From contig OZ024741.1 in assembly GCA_964016885.1 (NCBI GenBank), forward strand, positions 42,780,001-42,844,000: a DNA stretch of 64,000 bases, read 5' to 3'. Under the pieces are notes generated by a model. It did no database searches and was not told where the DNA came from. It saw only the letters and a program-made list of their open reading frames with translations. Positions within the stretch are counted from its first letter, which is position 1, and every line of letters begins with the position of its first letter. Positions 55,564-64,000 of this stretch are shown piece after piece. The DNA is from Eledone cirrhosa (lineage: Eukaryota). The translations under genes and the position numbers were made by a program.

Positions 55564-55790
55564 CCACTTTCTCTTACTTTACACAAATATACAAAAATAT
55601 AAACGTATATGTATCATGGACAAACACGTTAAAAATCATGTCTTTCTTTTCCTTTTTCATTATTTGAGCATTTTCCTATTTAATTATTAAGCTTGGCGAC
55701 CAATGTCTATGCTGCAATTGGAAAACGCATTTCAAATTTAATGACCAAATATTCAAAGACGCAAAGGCCGTTAAAATGTGCATTTTGTAT

Positions 55791-55862
<72 letters not shown>

Positions 55863-56224
55863 AGTGTATGTGTGTGGTGGTGTGCGTGCGTGTGTGTGGT
55901 GGTGGGGTGTGTGTGCGTGCGTGTGTATGTATTTGTGTGTGTGTGTGTGTGCGTGTATATATATATATATATATCCAAATATACAACACACGTACACACA
56001 TATCTGTGCATAACATGCATACATACATGTGTACATTGGTTTACATATGTCAATTTGTGTAGATGTGTGTATGAGTATATATACATGAATAAAATCTACA
56101 TATCATAATTATGTATATACCAGTACGTTAGTATGGAGTTGAATGTGTAAGAATATGTACGGTCGTAAAATATTCTTTCAAATCCGTCGCACGTCTCGCT
56201 TCATAATCCATGGATATATATATA

Positions 56225-56690
56225 TATATATGTAAAAGTTCTATTTATATTGTTGGGATACAACAAGCAAATATTTTTATAACTGATATAAAGCACTCAA
56301 CAAGTATTTGGAGTAAACATACGATATTAACAAATGGAAACTATATTTATAAAACCATATTTATTTCATTATACATATTTCAAGGACACCAAGTTAAATT
56401 ATGATGTGCTTTCATCAGACAAAATATAATATAGGTCAGTTTTATAAATAAATATTGACATACCCTTAAAAAATGCAACCATTACTGTGGGAAGCTCCCG
56501 GATAGTGGAGTTGTTTACTTATATTATTATTAGTATTGGATATTTTTATTTTTAAAATAAGCCGTTGGGTTACAGAGAAAGAAAAAGAAAAAGAAGGAGA
56601 GAGAGAAAAAGAGAGAAAGAAAGAAAAAAAAATGTATAATGAAATAAATATGGTTTTATAAATATAGTTTCCATTTGTTAATATCGTATA
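56225..56690 (-). mobile_element. Hammerhead-bearing fold-back element in (TA)n
   Basis: Arms 56318-56376 and 56632-56689; second copy of the family from 63563. Confidence 0.7.
56363..56425 (-). ncRNA. Minimal type I hammerhead ribozyme
   Basis: attttgt-CTGATGA-aagcacatca..tggtgtcctt-GAAATATGTATA-atgaaat; stem II covaries with 63697-63759. Confidence 0.72.
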
Positions 56691-57449
56691 TATATATATA
56701 TATATATATATATTCCAGTTGAGATTGGATATATAATATAATTTAAATCCTTAATCAAAGAAGACGATCCTAATTTAATATGATTTTTCTAAATTTTCAA
56801 ATGTTTTTGCAGGAGGTTTATAATTATGATATGAGTGTTACCGGCTATTCGATTCACCAGAAATAAAGTTCTTTGCTATTTCCTATTTCTCTCATCTGAG
56901 CTATTAAATTTGTAAATTTAATAAATGAAGCATAATTAGAAATATTAATATAATTAATAAAAAATAAAAATACAAAACCTTTCTCTCCATTGTTGAATCA
57001 GTTGAAACGAAATTTTTTGAATGGAAGTTGTCAGGTGATAAATTGTTGTCGCACTATTGCAGATTACATTAATGTGCCCTTGTTTATTTCATTACTAAAT
57101 ATCTGTGAGTCCTCTAGTTTGAATTGCGGCTACTCGGCAGCGATTTTGATGCACAGATTTGGATGTTTATGCAAATAGCAAATCAACTGGAAGTTTTCTG
57201 GAAGAAATAGATGTCGGATGCTTGAGAGACATTATCTTGGTTGTTCTATTCAGCCATACCATTTGCTGCTGTTTCAGAAGCCCTAAGCACTTAATATTAC
57301 ATAACACACTTCTTTAATTTTGATAGAGTCCATATCAAAATAAGAGCCAATTGTTGTTTTCAATAATACCGCTGCCATACTCATCGTGTTTGATCTAAAC
57401 TTTGAGAAGTACAAATAGTTCCACATCGCTGTGACACGTACTGATACAC

Positions 57450-57641
57450 CAGACCTAACAACTCTCCCCGTCCGACGAGATCTCCCACCCACTTTGGGGT
57501 GGGTGAGAGATGTCTTCTCTTGTGAAAATGGGTATAGCTTTCATTATAGAAAATCTCCCCATTTTGCCATATTTCTCCCCGTTTTCGGGCATTTTATTTC
57601 ATGATACTCTCCGTTTGGGTTTTTAGAGGTTAGCAGGTCTG
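57450..57641. mobile_element. hAT-like MITE
   Basis: Imperfect TIRs CAGACCTAACAACTCT and AGAGGTTAGCAGGTCTG; no clear TSD. Confidence 0.5.
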
Positions 57642-58136
57642 AATACTCTGTTATTTATTTCATTCATTCGACAAAATAAAAGAGACAGTAACTCATCCTC
57701 TATATTCTTCAGCTTCTTTGTGTAGCAGATTCGAACTTCATTTGAATTTGTTTACAAAACATTCTCTAAAACTTACAGCAATTATCTTTCGAGCGGCATG
57801 CCATACATAAACAGTTATATATATATAAGTTAATATATATAATTTGATTAATTATTGTTCAGAAAGACAAAATGGTTGGCAGACTGAATTGTGTCTGAAA
57901 TATTTTCGTATGATCTTTTAATAACATAGAAAATGAATATTTGGAACAATAAATATATTCGGAAAAAAATTGATTTATTGTCTCATTAAACTCTCAGACA
58001 CTTCATGAATATGACCTAACCAAATTCTAGAGTAGAAAACCAGCATGCGTTAAATTTGAATCAGAACACATAAAAGTATCACACATAGACACACACATAC
58101 ATATACACACAGTGACATAAACACACCACACACACA

Positions 58137-58237
<101 letters not shown>

Positions 58238-60428
58238 ACACATATATTGAAAATGTACATATTAGATCATTGCGATGTTAGGATAAGTGTGTCGAACTCT
58301 TCTGGTGCATTTCTAGTTTCTATGTTAGTTTACATCGGTGAGGAACTGGAAGTGCGGTTCTTGGACGTCGTAAACTTTTAAGTGACGTAACACACAGCCC
58401 AAATCTGTCTCAATCATTTTAAAGATTATTGAACTGCAGCGTTGATTAGTACTAAAGTCGATTTGGGTGACAGATGGCCAATATGTTTCAAACATTATAA
58501 TGGATATCTCAAATGTCGAGAACTATTCTCTCTACTACTTCTGATCGAAATATGCTACAAGCTTCAACAGAATTGCCTTGGCATCCTCATAGATAATACC
58601 AAATATCCTATCAAGTGGACTTGTTAAATATTCTTGTAAATAGCAATTCTATGATCTTTGGTATTCATATTCTTAGTTATCAATATTAATCAACTGTTGA
58701 AGATCACATGACTTTATTGATATTTATCTTCAATTCCTTTTACATTTGAAGAGCTACAACAGTCAATTTGATAAAGTGCTGATGTTTTGACCGATAGATT
58801 ATCATGATATATCCAGGCTGTGACAGTGTGTAGCTTATTGGTTTGGGACCTTGGCAGGAAAGGTCCTGAGTTTGATTTCCCCTCAGCTGGCAAAAATGAC
58901 TTGTAACTGTTGTCAGCGTTGCTACATGCTGTATTATGCTGAATCGCCCTGAGAACTCCGGTAAGTATATATGTGTCTGTTGAATACTCATTCACTTGCA
59001 CGTTAATTTCACGAGAAAGCTGTTTCGTTGTTCGAAAACTGGAAAACTCGTCGTTGGAAGTGATAGAGGCCCAATAAATACACACTCATTTCCACATTAC
59101 TAGTAAAATATTCTTTAAATAAACAAGGCAACCGCGTACAATGTCTGTGATTTATGTAGCTGAACATGTTTTAAAGAGAAAATGCCAGTCGATATATTAT
59201 TAATCATACAGCTTAATGGATAAATGGTTCAAGGAATTTGAAGGAGATCTTCATGAGTGTGGGTATGCAGTGCAGAAATCTATCGGCACCTAAAGTGCTT
59301 AGTACATATGTGGAGCAGTTGTAGCAGCAGCAATATTAAATGAAGTTATTACTGTAAAAATAAATAGCGAAATTTCTGAGTTGAACTTGTTTGAGAGCTG
59401 ACATGATTTGAGATAGTTTAAACTGAAGCAATTACTTCGTGGAATATTTATGTTATCCATTCAAGAAAGGCATACACACAAGTTGTTAAATTTAATTTAG
59501 ATTCATAATGTTTTCCTCACCTTGACAGTCTCGCTGCAATTTAGTTGTACAAATAAATAAATAAATATAAATTAAATTTCAGAGTTTTAGCGTGTTTTCG
59601 AATGGGTAAATAACATTTCCACGATATACCTGAAATAGTGAAATATTTAGTTGTCAGATACATCCTTTCCTGTGTGCCCCCTTTTCTCCTATCACTTGTG
59701 AAGCAGAGAAAATATCTTAAGTTGAACATAATACAAGTGGCATATCCTATAGGTTGCTGTTAAAGTGAGAGTCATGATATATGCATAGGGTTAGATAAAG
59801 TCTCCTACTCATCAGGAAGATTAAGGATAGTATTAGGTAGACAGTTAAGGTAATAAACAATACTGCTTTACATAACTATCCTTTTCAGTAGCTTATGGAA
59901 ATAATTCGGTCTGAAATTAATGAATAAAACTAGAAGACTTTCACGACGTTGCAGAATATATAAACCTTTCTCTTACTCTTTTCAACTCTTTTATATTTTG
60001 AAAACATAACAAAGCATCAATTAGCTTTTAAGGTTTAATTATAAAAGTGAACGCTTCTACAATTCACTATCATCAATTCTGAGACTAATAGCTTGTCTCT
60101 GACTATAAATTCAATTGATCTCGTGAGAGAAAGAAGGGGAAAAATATTACTGACAACAAAATCAAAAATAATAATAGTTAACGCTATAGCTACGACAATA
60201 TTGAAGAAATTCCTGAATTTAATTAACAAAAAAAAAAAATGTATTTGTGAAAAATATTTGTGAGGCAGCTTTTTCTCCCTTTGAAAGATTCGTTAGATTT
60301 TTATGTTTGCAGATCAACGACGTCACAGCTCCCATAGATGATATTACTATGAGAAAAACAGCAGTGTCTGCATGCACACTTCAGAAACACACGGACTCAG
60401 AAATAAATAAAGAAAGAGAGAGAGAGAG

Positions 60429-60502
<74 letters not shown>

Positions 60503-60554
60503 ACAGGAAAATAATACAAAACTCTGCTGCTTTCAATTTTAACAGTTGCTTCTT

Positions 60555-60978
60555 TTAAACCCATACGAGTGAGATGGTACGCACAGTCGGTCATATATGT
60601 GACCTGGAATCACCGAGATCTTCGGCTTTTTCAACATTAGACACCTTTTTTCAGGCGTCAAAGCTGGTGTTGATCAGACCCCGACTTGCGTCCCCGCAGC
60701 ATCTTGCCACATATAAGCCATTTTCATCCTAAGTCACCCAGTGGTGTTCTCTGTGCCTCCGCTCTCGTATTCAGAACTCTCTTATTCGCTACTCCAGCAA
60801 ATACCATTCGATTAAGGTATTTGTAAAGTGACTGTCCTGCAAAGTCTTTACAGTCCATCTCCATGGACTCACAGTGTGTTTTCCAGCCTCTGTCGTGACT
60901 CTTTGCCGCCGATTTCTGGTACTTTGCATGGTTAATTTCATTAGCTTCTTCAATGGTTTTAAGACGAATATTCATCAT
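60555..60978 (-). mobile_element. HERO-like RLE non-LTR 3' fragment
   Basis: IEEANE..AKY..GW..EM.C..FAGQSL resembles a degenerate RLE C-terminus, followed by a 3' UTR. Confidence 0.6.
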
Positions 60979-61171
60979 TTTTCAACTGTTCAACAAAAGA
61001 GTAAAATGCCGAATAAACCCTTATAAAAATGTCAACTACGAAAAGACAGTACAAACCTAAGAGCATGTTAAAATTTTAAATTATAACACCAATTAATCTA
61101 CGAAAAGTGAAATTGTATGCATACAAACTGAATATAAATGGTAATAATTTTCAACTTTTCTGCCTGCTTCA

Positions 61172-61531
61172 GTGGGACTTCTCTCACATGTAGAGTGCAC
61201 TGCGAAAGGCGTCCTTATGAGGAGGAGTATCAGTCTTCGTAGCTCTGAATTTCATTCCTGCCGTGTAACGCTCGGCGGCAGACCCATCAAGAGCATGTCG
61301 GATTTCACCTTCTGGCGGGGTGTGTATTTCACAGCCGTGTTGAATGATATCCATGAGCTTGGCTGGTCAAGCTTGCTGATCTGACCGGACCCGCCGCTGG
61401 AAGGCATGCTTGAGGACTCTGCCACCACAAACCTCGCGGAAATAAGAGGAAGAAGAAGAAGAAGAAGAAGAAGAAGAAGAAGAAGAAGAAGAAGAAGAAG
61501 AAGAAGAAGAAGAAGAAGAAGAAGAAGAAGA
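61172..61531 (+). mobile_element. LINE 3' end (RTE-like) with (GAA)n tail
   Basis: GC-rich fragment ending in a long (GAA)n run; similar tail type to the 19522 element. Confidence 0.55.
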
Positions 61532-61544
61532 AATTTCAATAGTG

Positions 61545-61700
61545 ACAAACTTGCAGAGTCGTTAAGTCATCAGAAAGAATGAATGTGACAGTTGTTCCAT
61601 CTTCCTCTATTCTGAGTGCGAATTTTGGCGTTGTCAACTTTGTATCTAATCCTTTTGAGGTCTAAAAATAAAGTACCAGTCGAGGAACCACGGGTAGTGG
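61545..61700 (+). mobile_element. Old Nin-like SINE remnant
   Basis: ATCCTTTTGAGGTC..AAATAAAGTACCAGT core. Confidence 0.5.
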
Positions 61701-62443
61701 AAATATGAAAGTGTTAGATAAGGGGCTCTTTGTGGTATTTATTCTGGTTCAGGAGTCATAAATGACATATAGTATCAGCAATGGGAAGCTCAATGAAAGC
61801 TTTGTGTCCTGTTCCAATCTGAAGAGCAACTCTTTCTTTATTACATGATTCAGATAAGAATATCCAACACATTTCAAGCATAAATGTTTAGATACCATTA
61901 CCTTACGGCAAGCTCTTATAAAATAAGTAGCACACTTCCGTTAACAATACTGTTTCTTCTGTTTTCTTTACCTACAACAGTCTAAAAAGAAAGAAAATGA
62001 AAAAGAAGATAACAGATCTCCATCTTGCATTAAATGCTAAAAGCATATGTTAGAGGTAACATAATGGCTGAATTACTTCTATGAAGTAATTACTAAAATG
62101 CAGTATATGGGTGACGCTAAAGTTATTAAATCTACACACACTGGCTGGAGCCAAGACGTTGTGTCCTTAAATAAACTGTCTGTTTTTCTGACAGCTTCAG
62201 CCCTCAATGGCTGAAACATTGTGTAATAACAATTGTAACTGAATACTTTAACAGTTATTAGAAGGAAATAAAATAACGTCGGCAATTCATATGCAAATTG
62301 CAGTTTTAATGTTCTGTCTTAACTAAACTCGTTGAAATAATGGGTTATGTACACACGCACGCCCACACACACACACATATACATATATGCATAGAGATAT
62401 AAAACGCTACACTGTATATCTGTCCATCTCGCTTACTCTCTCT

Positions 62444-62649
<206 letters not shown>

Positions 62650-62656
62650 TGTGCAG

Positions 62657-63461
62657 AAGGTTCAATAAGTCCGAAGAAAACTGGTGAGAGTAGCAAAGTC
62701 AGCACTCGATGTAACACCTCCACTTTGTTCTTATAATATATAAATACAGTAAAGGAGGCAGAGGAGTTGATGCAGTGGGTGGAGACTGTGTCGAGAGTGT
62801 GGGGTTGAGAATGAATAACATGAAGACAAAGTATCTGATAGATAACTTTAAGAAGCCAGAGAAGATTATAAATGTAGGCAGGAAGCTGCTAGAGTTGGTT
62901 GAGTAATTCCTGTATCTGGGAGCAAAGATTGGAAACACAGAGGATGATGTGGTTGAGAGGAAGAGAAAAGCCTGGGCGGCATGTCACAGTTTGAGATCGG
63001 TGTGAAAGTCGCACTTTCGTAAAGATCTGAAGTTCCGTCGCTTCGTTGCTGTAGTGGAGTCTGTGCTACCGTACGGGTTTGAGACTTGGACACTGACCAA
63101 GACACTCACTCAGATGGTGGATGGGTGCTACATGAGAATGCTGAGGATAGCTCTGAACATTAATCAGTGTGCACTGAAGATGAAGAACTCAGATCTGTAT
63201 GGGAGCCTTCCAAAAGTCACCTCGAAATTAATACAAAGGAGAATGAGACATGTTCACCGAAATTCAGAGTTAACACTGCACCCAGTGCTCCAGTGGGAGC
63301 CCCTGGACGGACACGCTAGAAGATGGAGAACCAGATTCACATATATTGATGCCATAAGGACGGACACTGGTCTCCCGGAGACACAGGTCATGGCGGCGAT
63401 GATGAAGGACAGAGACCGCTGGAGAGGACTCGTCCATGGATCTCGGGAATTTTACACACCC
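62657..63461 (+). mobile_element. RTE-clade LINE 3' fragment
   Basis: FLYLG, ESVLPYGFETWTL..DGCY.RMLR, DRDRWR; flanked by (TG)n and (CA)n. Confidence 0.85.
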
Positions 63462-63488
63462 TACACACACACACACACACACACACAT

Positions 63489-63562
<74 letters not shown>

Positions 63563-63564
<2 letters not shown>

Positions 63565-63945
63565 GCAAAAGTTCTAATTAAAATTGTTGGGATACAACAA
63601 GTAAATATTTTTATAACTGATATAAAGCACTCGACAAGTATTTGGAGTAGATATGCGATTTTAATAAATGGAAACTATATTTATAAAACCATATCTATTT
63701 CATTATACATATTTCAGGGATACCAAATTAAATTATGGTATGCCTTCATCAGACAAAATACAATATATAACAGTTTTACAAATAAGCTTTGACGTACCCT
63801 TTTAAAATGCGACCATTATTTTTGGAAGCCATCTGGATAGGGAATTGTTTATATTATTTTAATAAGTCTTAGTGTTAAGGACAATTAGAAAAAGACGGAG
63901 AGAAAGAAAAAAGACGGAGAGAGAGAAAAAAGAAAAGAAAAAAAA
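63563..63945 (-). mobile_element. Second copy of the 56225-56690 element
   Basis: Colinear similarity over ~330 bp; starts at (TA)n. Confidence 0.75.
63697..63759 (-). ncRNA. Minimal type I hammerhead ribozyme
   Basis: attttgt-CTGATGA-aggcatacca..tggtatccct-GAAATATGTATA-atgaaat. Confidence 0.72.
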
Positions 63946-64000
63946 CGTGGAGAAATATCGGAGAGAGAGAAATGCATGGAGAAAAAAGGACGAGATAAAT

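Overview
This is AT-rich, microsatellite-saturated animal DNA; the repeat content resembles an octopus/cephalopod genome, which is an inference. No host protein-coding gene is recognisable, and most listed ORFs are translated microsatellites or antisense frames of retroelements. The window contains: (1) three Tx1/L1-clade LINEs plus a fragment, all with 3' ends at ATT/(ATT)n where the end survives; (2) R4/Dong-clade RLE retrotransposons interleaved with them, forming a ~19 kb polarised array on one (AAT)n tract (25.8-44.7 kb); (3) about a dozen tRNA-derived SINEs whose 3' end (CCTTGTG-N8-AGAAA-ATT) matches the Tx1 3' end; (4) about ten short fold-back elements in (TA)n that carry minimal type I hammerhead ribozyme motifs, one attached to a Penelope-like GIY-YIG ORF; (5) RTE and HERO-like fragments, a head-to-tail non-autonomous Helitron array and MITEs. 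All family calls come from motif recognition by eye, not database searches.
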